64,000 nucleotides of DNA from Candidatus Omnitrophota bacterium (GTDB taxonomy: Bacteria > Omnitrophota > Gorgyraeia > Zapsychrales > Fredricksoniimonadaceae): assembly GCA_016201795.1 (NCBI GenBank), contig JACQCF010000004.1, positions 10,117 through 74,116 on the forward strand, given 5' to 3'. How positions within the stretch are numbered: the stretch's first letter is position 1; every line of letters begins with the position of its first letter. The notes below the pieces were generated by a model. That model saw only the letters and a list, made by a program, of their open reading frames with translations. It was not told the DNA's origin and ran no database searches. The translations under genes were made by a program, and so were the position numbers. Shown here in pieces: positions 10,531 to 19,224 of this stretch.

Positions 10531-10573
10531 AGTGTTTGCATTCTACCTTAAGACAGAAGTCCTGTCAATGAAA

Positions 10574-10612
10574 TTATATCATTTTTTAAATTAGTTTGTA
10601 ACTTATGATATA
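10574..10612. promoter_or_regulatory. Putative operator copy 1: 9-bp inverted repeat TTATATCAT-N21-ATGATATAA
   Basis: Seen directly. Spacer shares CATTTTTTAA..TTTG motif with copy 2. Confidence 0.5.
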
Positions 10613-10671
10613 AAATTTTTATTTTTTCTACATAATAAGTCATAAATACTTACTTATGAATAACTTATAAA

Positions 10672-10710
10672 ATATATCATTTTTTAACATTAATTTGACA
10701 AATGATATAT
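10672..10710. promoter_or_regulatory. Putative operator copy 2: perfect 9-bp inverted repeat ATATATCAT-N21-ATGATATAT, overlapping a TTGACA -35-like hexamer
   Basis: Seen directly, about 100 bp from copy 1, between the divergent XRE/cupin regulator and the + strand small ORFs. Confidence 0.5.
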
Positions 10711-10749
10711 TATCATGTTACACTTGCATTAGATAGGAGGAAACAGGTT

Positions 10750-10917
10750 ATGTTCTTAGGAATGTTCCATAAAATGATAATAGCTAAAACCATCAGCCCG
10801 TGTTTTTTATTAACAACCCTTTTTAGCAAAGACCACAGGCAAGAAAAGGAACGTATGAATTACGATGAAGTGCCTGGGGATAATTTTCCTTATGTACTGA
10901 TGCTTCATTGTGAGTGA
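10750..10917 (+). CDS. Small hypothetical protein (55 aa from the RBS-supported ATG)
   Basis: AGGAGG at 10735-10740, 9 nt before the ATG. No homology recognised. Confidence 0.25.
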   Translation: MFLGMFHKMIIAKTISPCFLLTTLFSKDHRQEKERMNYDEVPGDNFPYVLMLHCE

Positions 10918-10926
10918 GAGAAATGT

Positions 10927-11022
10927 ATGGCTAAAGTTATCTGTGTAAAATGCAAAGATACTGGTGGTTATACAGCCTCCCCTGATTATACACGCTGCCG
11001 ATGTGGAGGAAGGCGGTCATAG
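10927..11022 (+). CDS. 31-aa putative zinc-ribbon peptide (MAKVICVKCKDTGGYTASPDYTRCRCGGRRS)
   Basis: CxxC ... CxC spacing typical of small zinc ribbons. Below the ORF-track length cutoff. Weak RBS. Confidence 0.3.
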   Translation: MAKVICVKCKDTGGYTASPDYTRCRCGGRRS

Positions 11023-11025
11023 AGG

Positions 11026-11295
11026 ATGATGATGGGGGTAACGCAACGAGAGGAGGCAGCGATCATGAGAGCGCTCTTAATACTCAAAGGCAGCAAAACT
11101 TCTGAGAAATTAAGGATCATCGTCAAGCTGAATCAGAAGGATTTAAAAGACAGGGTGATTACCTTATTGGAAGAAAACAAGGACCGTGAAGCTTTCGATA
11201 TCTTGTATAAAGAAGCCCAAGTAGAGACGTATCTTGCTCCCGGCGAAAGGATACCGATTAGACCCGTGGTCACCTTAAGCGAAGAACCGCTTTAA
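11026..11295 (+). CDS. Hypothetical protein (89 aa)
   Basis: ORF between the regulator and the fourth receiver gene. No motif recognised. Confidence 0.45.
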   Translation: MMMGVTQREEAAIMRALLILKGSKTSEKLRIIVKLNQKDLKDRVITLLEENKDREAFDILYKEAQVETYLAPGERIPIRPVVTLSEEPL

Positions 11296-11376
11296 TATAC
11301 CCAGAGGGTCTCTTACTTACAGGGTATAACAGAAAGTGTTATTACAAATTGAGGTATATGGTATACTTTCTCTACT

Positions 11377-12012
11377 ATGCGTATGCGAATAGAAAAGCCC
11401 AAATTGCTCATCGTTGACGATGAAATGGATATTTGCACCCATGCCCAGAATTATTTCGGCAGACGGGGCTTCATCGTCTCAACAACCGGAAGCGGTTTGG
11501 AGGCCCTTTCCATGATTAAAGCTTCCAGGCCGGATCTGGTACTTTTGGATCTCACTTTGGATGATTTAGACGGAAAAGAAGTCCTTGAACGGCTGCGTAA
11601 AGAAGATAAAGAGACAAAAATCATTGTGATTTCAGGCCAGGAGAACTTAACAGATATTGATAAACTCTATAGTCTGGGGATAAGCGGCTATTATGTCAAA
11701 CCTATAACCCTGGAGAACCAGGCAAAGCTGGTTTACGATGCGCTGGGCCTTCGGCAGCTTGAGAAAACTGTTCCCCAAGCGAATAAGGTTTCCAAATATA
11801 AAATTCCCAAAGCGGGTATTATCCATCAACTTTCCAATAAGTTAAGTATCATTCGAGGGAATTGCGAGGGTTTTGTTTTAGATTATCAAGACGGTTTATA
11901 TAAAGATAAAACCAGCGATGAATTGCTTAAGATGTCTATTGAAATCATGAAAAATGTGCAGCATGGCGTCGATGGTGCCATGGAAATGGTCGATAAAATC
12001 AAAAAAGAATAA
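11377..12012 (+). CDS. Response regulator receiver fused to a C-terminal H-box/DHp-like segment (no ATPase domain)
   Basis: Receiver LLIVDDEMD ... DLVLLDLTLDD ... IVISG. The C-terminal AGIIHQLSNKLSIIRGNCEGF resembles the kinase H-box GIAHQINNKF of the upstream HK. Confidence 0.75.
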   Translation: MRMRIEKPKLLIVDDEMDICTHAQNYFGRRGFIVSTTGSGLEALSMIKASRPDLVLLDLTLDDLDGKEVLERLRKEDKETKIIVISGQENLTDIDKLYSLGISGYYVKPITLENQAKLVYDALGLRQLEKTVPQANKVSKYKIPKAGIIHQLSNKLSIIRGNCEGFVLDYQDGLYKDKTSDELLKMSIEIMKNVQHGVDGAMEMVDKIKKE

Positions 12013-12015
12013 TGT

Positions 12016-12696
12016 ATGACGCGCTCTTGCCCAGAACCCCAGCTCATTGGCCAACTCCTACTTAGAGAAGGCCTCATTCGCCTTGAAGCCCTGGAGAAAG
12101 CCTTGCTGGAGCAGGAAAAATCCGGCCTGCCTTTGGGGGAGGTCCTCATCAAGTCAGGTGACATTACGCAAGAGGCCTTTTATGAAGTTTTATCCCGGCA
12201 GACGGGCCTTGCATACGTGCGATTAAAAGATTTGACTGTGACTCCTGCCATCCTCGCTGAAATTCCGGCCAAATTCGCCTGCCATTATGCTTTCATGCCT
12301 GTGGGCATGGAAGATTCTACCGTGACGGTTGCCGTGCCCCGTCTTTTGGACATACAAACACAGGATGATATCAGGCTTTTGTTAAAAAAGAACATCAAAA
12401 TGGTCCTGGCGTCGCCTAAGGAAATTGCCGAGGCCATAAAGACATATTATGGCGTGGGCGCACAAACCATGGAAAAGATATCACCGCAGCTTGCGCAGGA
12501 GAAATTCACTAGCGTCCAGTCCCAGGAAACCCAGGACCTTGTGGCCTCCAGTGAAGACGCCTCCATCATTCAATTTGTCAATCAAATTCTGCTGCAAGCC
12601 TACCACGACAGGGCCACCGACATCCATATTGAGCCTTATGAGAATGAGCTTGCCGTCAGGTACAGAATAGACCAAGGTCAAAATAGGCCAGGATGA
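12016..12696 (+). CDS. gspE: T2SS/T4P assembly ATPase GspE/PilB, N-terminal fragment (N1E domain up to the start of the N2 domain)
   Basis: GspII_E_N-like N-terminus. Ends ...DIHIEPYENELAVRYRIDQGQNRPG* where a canonical GspE continues. Confidence 0.75.
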   Translation: MTRSCPEPQLIGQLLLREGLIRLEALEKALLEQEKSGLPLGEVLIKSGDITQEAFYEVLSRQTGLAYVRLKDLTVTPAILAEIPAKFACHYAFMPVGMEDSTVTVAVPRLLDIQTQDDIRLLLKKNIKMVLASPKEIAEAIKTYYGVGAQTMEKISPQLAQEKFTSVQSQETQDLVASSEDASIIQFVNQILLQAYHDRATDIHIEPYENELAVRYRIDQGQNRPG

Positions 12697-12697
12697 G

Positions 12698-13609
12698 GTG
12701 GACTTGCGCGTCTCCATTTTACCGACTCCTTTTGGCGAAAGTGTTGTCATCAGGGTCCTTTCCAAGCATGTCTCTTTGAATCTTGAAAATTTAGGCCTGT
12801 TACCGAGGGATTTGGAGATTTTGGAAAGAATGATTAAAAAGCCGCATGGCATTATTTTTGTGACAGGCCCTACGGGAAGCGGGAAGACCACAACCCTTTA
12901 TGCCGTGTTAAGCCAGATTAAAGGAGCGGACAAGAAAATTATCACGATAGAGGACCCCATCGAATATCAAATCAAAGGGGTCACCCAGATTCAGGTGCAG
13001 CCCAAAATTGACCTGACTTTTGCCAGCGCCTTGCGCTCCATGCTGCGCCATGACCCGGATGTCATGATGGTGGGGGAAGTCAGGGACTATGAAACCGCCG
13101 AGATTACCATTCGGGTAGCACTGACCGGCCATCTGGTGTTCTCAACACTGCATACCAATAACGCGGCTGGCGGCGTCACGCGGCTCATTGATATGGGGGT
13201 AGAGCCGTTTCTGGTGTCATCGGCGGTGGAATGTTTTATTGCCCAGCGGCTGGTGAGGGTCTTGTGCGAGCGTTGCAAAAAAGAGACAAAACTTACCGAA
13301 GAGGTCTTGCGAGAGCTTGGGGTCACGAACTTGGATTTGTCCAAAGTCAGGATATACGAACCAGCGGGATGCGAGTCCTGCCGGCACACAGGGTACAAGG
13401 GCAGGACGGCTATTTACGAGATGTTGGTTGTGAATGAGGCCATCAAAGAGTTGATCTTAAAAAGAGCTTCCTCGGATCAGATTAAAACCAAAGCATTGGC
13501 CCTTGGCATGAGAACGCTGCGCCAGGACGGATGGCAGAAGATTGTCAAAGGCCTCACGACCGCCGCTGAGGTCATCAGGGTCACCCAGCAGGAAGATCTG
13601 GTGGAATAA
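12698..13609 (+). CDS. gspE: T2SS/T4P assembly ATPase GspE/PilB, C-terminal ATPase fragment (Walker A GPTGSGKTTT, Asp box, His box, tetracysteine motif)
   Basis: The +1 frame immediately upstream reads TKVKIGQDEVDLRVSILPTPFGE, matching the conserved region just before Walker A. About 33 codons are missing relative to canonical GspE. Confidence 0.8.
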   Translation: MDLRVSILPTPFGESVVIRVLSKHVSLNLENLGLLPRDLEILERMIKKPHGIIFVTGPTGSGKTTTLYAVLSQIKGADKKIITIEDPIEYQIKGVTQIQVQPKIDLTFASALRSMLRHDPDVMMVGEVRDYETAEITIRVALTGHLVFSTLHTNNAAGGVTRLIDMGVEPFLVSSAVECFIAQRLVRVLCERCKKETKLTEEVLRELGVTNLDLSKVRIYEPAGCESCRHTGYKGRTAIYEMLVVNEAIKELILKRASSDQIKTKALALGMRTLRQDGWQKIVKGLTTAAEVIRVTQQEDLVE

Positions 13610-13612
13610 TTT

Positions 13613-14830
13613 ATGCCCACATTTATCTACGAGGCCAGGAAAAATCCCAAAGAGCTCGTCAAAGACACCCTGGTTGCCGATAACAGGACTACCGCTATTC
13701 AAAAGATAGGCAAAATGGGTTATTATCCTCTTTCAATTTATGAAGAGCATAAGATTTCCCAAGACACGACGGATATTGGCGCTTATTTCTTAGGCAGGAT
13801 AAGCTTGAAAGAGGTCACGGATTTTACCAGGCAGCTTTCCGATCTGCTGGAATCCGGTCTTACCATTGCCAAGGCGTTGGATATCCTGCGTATCCAGACG
13901 GAAAACAGGAAATTAAAGAATATTATCTTGGACATTGAGGATTTTTGTGTTGCCGGAAATCCTCTTTCCAGCGCTTTAGGGCGGCATCCGCGCGTATTCT
14001 CTAAACTTTACGTCAGCATGGTGCGTTCCGGGGAAGCCGGCGGGGCCCTGGAGGGCGTCCTCAAAAGACTCTCGGATTTGAATGAAAAGCAGCTTGAGAT
14101 ACAAACCAAAGTTACAACCGCCTTGGCCTATCCCATTTTAATGTCTGTGGTGGGCTCTGCGACTATCGTGGTCTTGTTGACTTTTGTCATGCCCAAAATG
14201 ATGGTCATGTTCAATGATTTTGGCCAGGCGCTTCCTTTGCCTACGCAAATTTTATTAAGTTTAAGCCTCCTGATAGCCCATGACTGGTGGCTTCTTGTCG
14301 TGGGACTGCTTATTGTCATCATAAGCGTCATGAAAATATCCAGCACTCAGAAGGGAAGGCTGGCCGTGGATTATCTGATATTAAAATTTCCGGTTGCAGG
14401 AAGAGTCGTCAAGAAAATAGAGATAGCCAGGTTTACCAGAACACTGGGCATCCTTTTAAATAACGGCGTTCCCATGCTGGAGGCCCTGAAAGTTGTCTCG
14501 GCCACCATGAATAACGCCGTTATGCGCCAGGAGATTACAAAAGCTTCCGCGGCCGTCAAAGAAGGTACTAGCCTGGCCAGGGGATTTTCCAATAGCAAGG
14601 TCATTCCTCTGGCTACTGTCCATATGATCGCCATTGGTGAAGAAGGCGGACATCTGGAAACTTCCTTATTGAAAATCGCTGAAGCCGGGGAACGGGAATC
14701 CGATGAGGCCATCAAAATAGCGGTGTCGTTGCTTGAGCCTGTTTTAATTTTAAGTTTAGGTCTGGTCGTAGGGTTTATTGTGATAGCCATGCTGTTGCCG
14801 ATATTTGAAATCAATTTTCTCATACGATAA
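13613..14830 (+). CDS. gspF: Type II secretion system inner-membrane platform protein GspF/PilC
   Basis: 405 aa with two GspF repeats and 3 TM segments. Position directly after gspE. Confidence 0.9.
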   Translation: MPTFIYEARKNPKELVKDTLVADNRTTAIQKIGKMGYYPLSIYEEHKISQDTTDIGAYFLGRISLKEVTDFTRQLSDLLESGLTIAKALDILRIQTENRKLKNIILDIEDFCVAGNPLSSALGRHPRVFSKLYVSMVRSGEAGGALEGVLKRLSDLNEKQLEIQTKVTTALAYPILMSVVGSATIVVLLTFVMPKMMVMFNDFGQALPLPTQILLSLSLLIAHDWWLLVVGLLIVIISVMKISSTQKGRLAVDYLILKFPVAGRVVKKIEIARFTRTLGILLNNGVPMLEALKVVSATMNNAVMRQEITKASAAVKEGTSLARGFSNSKVIPLATVHMIAIGEEGGHLETSLLKIAEAGERESDEAIKIAVSLLEPVLILSLGLVVGFIVIAMLLPIFEINFLIR

Positions 14831-14856
14831 CCTCTTTTTTAAAGGAAAACTCGCTT

Positions 14857-15270
14857 ATGAAACGTTTTCAACACAAAGGCTTTACTTTAGTGGAGCTTAT
14901 GCTTGTTGTTGTCATCATCGGTATTTTGGTAGGGATGGTCGTTCCCCGTATTGCTGGCCGGGCGGAACAGGCCAGGCAGGCAGCCGCCAAAGCCGATATA
15001 GAGGTCAATATCGCCTCAGCCCTGGATTTGTATAACGTCGACAACGGCTTTTATCCTGAAACCCTGGACGAATTTCTCACCAACACCAAAAGTTTGCCCG
15101 CCTGGAAGGGGCCCTATTTGAAGAAAAAGCCCATCGACCCGTGGGGTACCCCCTATGACTATAAATATTTTCCCGAGGACAACAGCTACACTTTGCGTTC
15201 CTTTGGCAAGGACCGTCAGGAAGGCGCCAGCAATGTCATCAGCAGTGCTGACCAGCCCAAAGCGCCTTGA
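14857..15270 (+). CDS. gspG: Major pseudopilin GspG
   Basis: Prepilin leader + GFTLVELMLVVVIIGIL. Conserved GspG core (NGFYPETLDEF..W.GPY). Confidence 0.9.
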   Translation: MKRFQHKGFTLVELMLVVVIIGILVGMVVPRIAGRAEQARQAAAKADIEVNIASALDLYNVDNGFYPETLDEFLTNTKSLPAWKGPYLKKKPIDPWGTPYDYKYFPEDNSYTLRSFGKDRQEGASNVISSADQPKAP

Positions 15271-15730
15271 GGCTGGTTTTACCCTCATCGAACTGGTCCT
15301 TGTGGCAAGCATCCTGCTGGTTCTGGCAGGGCTTTCTGTTCCTCGATTTCAAAGGACTTTTTTGAGTTTATCCGTGAAAGATTCCGCTTTTAACCTGGCC
15401 AAGTTGATAACCCTCGCCCGTCAGGAAGCGGTGTGGGAAAGGAAAAATTTTAAAATCAGTTTTAATGTGGTAAAGGGCCAGTACCAGCTTTGGGAAATCG
15501 ATGAATCCAGCGTGCCTTTGAGTTACAAGAAGGTTGCAGGCAGGATGGGGAAATTATTCGCCCTGCCGCGGGGAGTGTTTCTTAAAAGTTCAAGAAACGA
15601 GACCGTTTTTTACCCCGATGGCCATTGCGATAGTGTTCGTGTGGATATGACCGACAAAGAGGGTTTGGGCCGCAGGCTGGACATCCAAAGCCCCAGCTGC
15701 CGCAGCAGCGTGAAAGACCTTGTCCCATGA
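15233..15730 (+). CDS. Minor pseudopilin GspH-like
   Basis: Leader MSSAVLTSPKRLEAG/FTLIELVLV. Start taken at the first ATG before the prepilin motif; overlaps the gspG 3' end. Confidence 0.6.
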   Translation: MSSAVLTSPKRLEAGFTLIELVLVASILLVLAGLSVPRFQRTFLSLSVKDSAFNLAKLITLARQEAVWERKNFKISFNVVKGQYQLWEIDESSVPLSYKKVAGRMGKLFALPRGVFLKSSRNETVFYPDGHCDSVRVDMTDKEGLGRRLDIQSPSCRSSVKDLVP

Positions 15731-16083
15731 CGCCCAAAAAAGGATTTTTATTACTGGAAGTTATCGTAAGCCTTGTGATTTTGACAGGCGGTTTGTTATT
15801 TGTAACGCAGGCGTATTTTGCCGCTTTAAAAACCGCCCAGCGAACGCGCGAGAATTTTCAACTTGGTCTTTGGCTGGAAGAAGGCATGTTTGGCTTTGAA
15901 GAAAAAGGGCAGGTCAAGGAAGGCCTCTGGCAGGGAGAGTTGGAAGGCCGCAAGGATGTGCTTTGGAAGATGAAGGCCGTGGCGACCCAAGCTTCGGATT
16001 TACACACGGTAAATTTAAGTGTTTTTGACCGCCATACACCACAACAAGAGCGCTCGTTATGGACTTTTTTAAACAAATCTTAA
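15727..16083 (+). CDS. Minor pseudopilin GspI-like
   Basis: MTPKKG/FLLLEVIVSLVIL prepilin-type N-terminus. 118 aa. Confidence 0.6.
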   Translation: MTPKKGFLLLEVIVSLVILTGGLLFVTQAYFAALKTAQRTRENFQLGLWLEEGMFGFEEKGQVKEGLWQGELEGRKDVLWKMKAVATQASDLHTVNLSVFDRHTPQQERSLWTFLNKS

Positions 16084-16724
16084 ATTACAAATTTAGAACA
16101 GACATTGCTAAGAACAAAAGCGGTAAGATATTTTCCGCGGGGTTTACCTTTATAGAACTGCTGGTGGCCTTGACCATATTTTCTATTATTGCGGTAAGCG
16201 TCTATGCTGTTTTTCACGCGGGAGTTAAAATGTGGTTTAAGACTAACATCCTTACCGACGATACCCAGACGAAGAGGGTTTTCTTTAATACCATTTCCCG
16301 GGACCTTAAAAACGCAATTTCTTACACTAAGGGTGGTGTAAATTTTCAAGGGGCACCCCAAAGGATCTCGTTTATGACGACAATGGAAGTCGCCGGTCAA
16401 GACGCGCCGCTTCACTGGGAACTGGCAAAAGTGGTTTATGTCTTTGACAAAGACTCTCAATCAGTCAAAAGGCTGGTGGCCACAAAACAGGAAGGTCTGG
16501 ATGAGGCAAAAGCCAGAAGCGAAGAATTTTTTCAAAACATCAAGGAGAAAGATTTTGGCTTCACCTATTGCTATAAAGACCCCTACAGCGTCGGGGAAGT
16601 GACGTATCAATGGCAAGACGCCTGGCATGAGCAAGCCAAAATCCCCCGCGGGGTCAGAGTAAATTTGGGGGAATTAAGGAAAGTCATTTTACTACCCACG
16701 GGGGAATTGGGGACTCAACAATGA
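16059..16724 (+). CDS. Minor pseudopilin GspJ-like
   Basis: AGFTFIELLVALTIF prepilin motif after a long leader. Exact start uncertain. Confidence 0.6.
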   Translation: MDFFKQILNYKFRTDIAKNKSGKIFSAGFTFIELLVALTIFSIIAVSVYAVFHAGVKMWFKTNILTDDTQTKRVFFNTISRDLKNAISYTKGGVNFQGAPQRISFMTTMEVAGQDAPLHWELAKVVYVFDKDSQSVKRLVATKQEGLDEAKARSEEFFQNIKEKDFGFTYCYKDPYSVGEVTYQWQDAWHEQAKIPRGVRVNLGELRKVILLPTGELGTQQ

Positions 16725-17770
16725 CCTATCCTAAACCCAAAACCGCCAGCATTCTCATTGCTTCTGTCTGGATTCTGGCCCTATTGTCCCTGCTGGCCTT
16801 CGGGATAGGTTTTCGTGTGGCCATTGAGGCGCGTTTGGATAAATACGAGGCGGATAGCCTCAAAGCCCTGTATTTGGCCAAGGCCGCGGTTGTCAAATCC
16901 CGGGAATTGTTATCCAATGACAGTAAAACCTATGATTCGCTCTATGAAAACGGAATCATGTTATCCAACCAGAATGACCTCAATGACCTTTTTATGAATA
17001 TCAAAATTCTTGGGAGTCAGGAAGTTTCCGCCAGGGTCAGCTACACCAACGGCGATCTAAAAAACTACCCCGGTATGATGGATGAAGAGCGTAAAATCAA
17101 CATCAACAAGGCTTCGCAAGAAGTTTTAAGGAATCTCATTGGGGTCTTAAGCGATAAACACAAGATGTCTTTGGGAACAACGACACCGCAGGAGCTGGCC
17201 TCATCAATCGTATTCTGGCGTTCCCAGGCGCCTGGGACGCAAGAGAACTACTATGAGTCCCTGGATAATCCCTATCCTTGCAAACACGGCGATTTCAGCG
17301 CCATTGAGGAACTTTTGCTGGTCCAGGGAATCACTTTGGATATGTTGAGCGTTCTTCAAGATTATATCACCGTCTTTGGCCCGGATGAGGCTAGTATCAA
17401 CATCAACACAGCCCCCAAAGAAGTGCTGATGGCCTATGGCATGCCTGAGGCGCTTGCCGATAAAATCCTCAAGTACCGCAATGGGCCCGGCGGCGAAGCG
17501 ACAGAGAAAGACGGCGGTGTATTTTTAGATATTAACGATATCGAAACCACGTTAAAGACGAACCTGCCGGAGGGCTTAAGCGAGGAGGAAGTCCTGATTT
17601 TGGGGGACCTTAAAAGCAGCCGGCGCTTTACAACCGCCTCAAACTATTTTACAATTGAGGCCACGGGCATTGTCCATGCCTCGAAGATGGAAAGAAAGAT
17701 AGTCTGCGTTGTGCAAAAAGACCCCGTCAAAAAAGGAGCCACGAAATTAATCGCCTATCGGGAATATTAA
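16721..17770 (+). CDS. gspK: Minor pseudopilin GspK-like
   Basis: N-terminal TM anchor (ILIASVWILALLSLLAFGIGF). ~350 aa. Position after I/J. Confidence 0.75.
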   Translation: MTYPKPKTASILIASVWILALLSLLAFGIGFRVAIEARLDKYEADSLKALYLAKAAVVKSRELLSNDSKTYDSLYENGIMLSNQNDLNDLFMNIKILGSQEVSARVSYTNGDLKNYPGMMDEERKININKASQEVLRNLIGVLSDKHKMSLGTTTPQELASSIVFWRSQAPGTQENYYESLDNPYPCKHGDFSAIEELLLVQGITLDMLSVLQDYITVFGPDEASININTAPKEVLMAYGMPEALADKILKYRNGPGGEATEKDGGVFLDINDIETTLKTNLPEGLSEEEVLILGDLKSSRRFTTASNYFTIEATGIVHASKMERKIVCVVQKDPVKKGATKLIAYREY

Positions 17771-17805
17771 AAAGTTTTTCCAATACACTTCTTTCCAGGG
17801 GCCAG

Positions 17806-19224
17806 ATTATCGCGCTGGAACTTGGGGAAGATTCACTGAAAGTTTGCCTTGCGCGGGTATCGGGGGACGGGCGAGAGGTCGTCTTTTTAAAGGAACATAA
17901 ATTTTCCACAACCGAAGATGAGGCGATTGTCCATGACATCAAAGACTTTCTGAAACCTTACAATGTTTCAGCGTGCAGGGTTTTCGTCAATATTCCCCGC
18001 CATCTTGCGATCACAAGATTCCTGAAACTCCCTTCTACCAATCCCCAGGAAATTGCCAGCATCGTCAGGATAGAAGCCCTCAAGTATATCCCTTACACCG
18101 AAGAAGAAGTGGTCTCTTCCTTTAGAATCATTGACACATTCGAAGACGGCTATGCCAATGTTTTATTGGCGACAGTACCGATTGCGAGCGTCCAGAGAAT
18201 TCTGGACATTTTTCAAACGGCGGGGCTGGTCCACATCGAAGGTGTTTGTCTGGGTTGCGAAACTTTACTGTTATGGCACACCTTGGCCGCAACAAGCGTG
18301 GCAAAAAGCAGCCTGCTTCTTGCCAACGTAGATACGCACCAGATGAATATCGATATCATCCATCAAGGCAAGCTTGCCTTCACAAGAGGAATTCCCTCTA
18401 ACACGGGACATCCGTTGACGAAGGAAAAGATCGTCGAAGAACTTAAAGTGTCTCTTGACGCCTATCAAAAAGAAACGCATAACACCGTAGAACGGATGGC
18501 GCTCACCGGTTGTGGTGATATCCTTAAAACATGCGAAGATGCCGTTAGTCATGCTTTTGCTTTCCCGGTTACGGTCACAGGCCAACTGGAGCATGTGGCG
18601 GTTAAAGAGAGCGCCTCGAAAGATTCTTTTGACACTTCCTTTGTGGAACTGCTGGGCCTTGCTTTGAATTTTCAGGATACGCAGATTAATCTTTTGCCGG
18701 GCGATATGTTTTTAAAAAACCGTCTCAAGCAGATTAAAAGCCATGTTTCGTTGACCCTGGCTCTTGTGGGTCTTATGACGCTTTTAGGCATTGGCCTTGC
18801 CTTTAAGAAACTCAACGACAAAACCGCCTATCTGGCTTATCTGAAGACCGAAATCGCCAGCATGGATTCCCAGGTCGCCCAGACAAAGAAAACGTTAAAA
18901 TACCTTACGGTCCTTAAAGAGCAAATGCTTGAGAAACCCCTGGCCATAGACTTTATTAGCGAAATTTATAAACTCTCGCCTAGCGGTATCACGCTTAACG
19001 GGATGGATTATGAGGACGGCAAGACCCTGACTTTGAAAGGAACCGCGTCTTCTTTGAGTGAAGCGCTCAAATACGTCGCTATTCTGGAAGGTTCGCAGTA
19101 TTTTCAAGATGTCAAAATCAAAAACGCCGTTCAGCAAAAGGGCGGGGGTAGCGAATACGCGGCTTTTGAGATTCTTTGCGCTTTGTCGAGGGAGGGGCAC
19201 GATGCCGTTAAAAAATCTGAATAA
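17806..19224 (+). CDS. GspL-like protein: PilM-like cytoplasmic actin-fold domain fused to a PilN-like TM/periplasmic domain; no canonical start codon
   Basis: Frame is open from 17659 and encodes PilM-like IIALELGEDSLKVCLARVSGDGREV ... IEALKYIPYTEEEVVSSFRII, but has no ATG/GTG/TTG before 18109. Start placed at ATT 17806 as a guess. The ORF track starts at ATG 18109. Confidence 0.6.
   Translation: MIALELGEDSLKVCLARVSGDGREVVFLKEHKFSTTEDEAIVHDIKDFLKPYNVSACRVFVNIPRHLAITRFLKLPSTNPQEIASIVRIEALKYIPYTEEEVVSSFRIIDTFEDGYANVLLATVPIASVQRILDIFQTAGLVHIEGVCLGCETLLLWHTLAATSVAKSSLLLANVDTHQMNIDIIHQGKLAFTRGIPSNTGHPLTKEKIVEELKVSLDAYQKETHNTVERMALTGCGDILKTCEDAVSHAFAFPVTVTGQLEHVAVKESASKDSFDTSFVELLGLALNFQDTQINLLPGDMFLKNRLKQIKSHVSLTLALVGLMTLLGIGLAFKKLNDKTAYLAYLKTEIASMDSQVAQTKKTLKYLTVLKEQMLEKPLAIDFISEIYKLSPSGITLNGMDYEDGKTLTLKGTASSLSEALKYVAILEGSQYFQDVKIKNAVQQKGGGSEYAAFEILCALSREGHDAVKKSE

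Noticed and set aside
14805-15035. 76-aa ORF overlapping gspG
   Set aside because: Different frame of the well-conserved pseudopilin gene.
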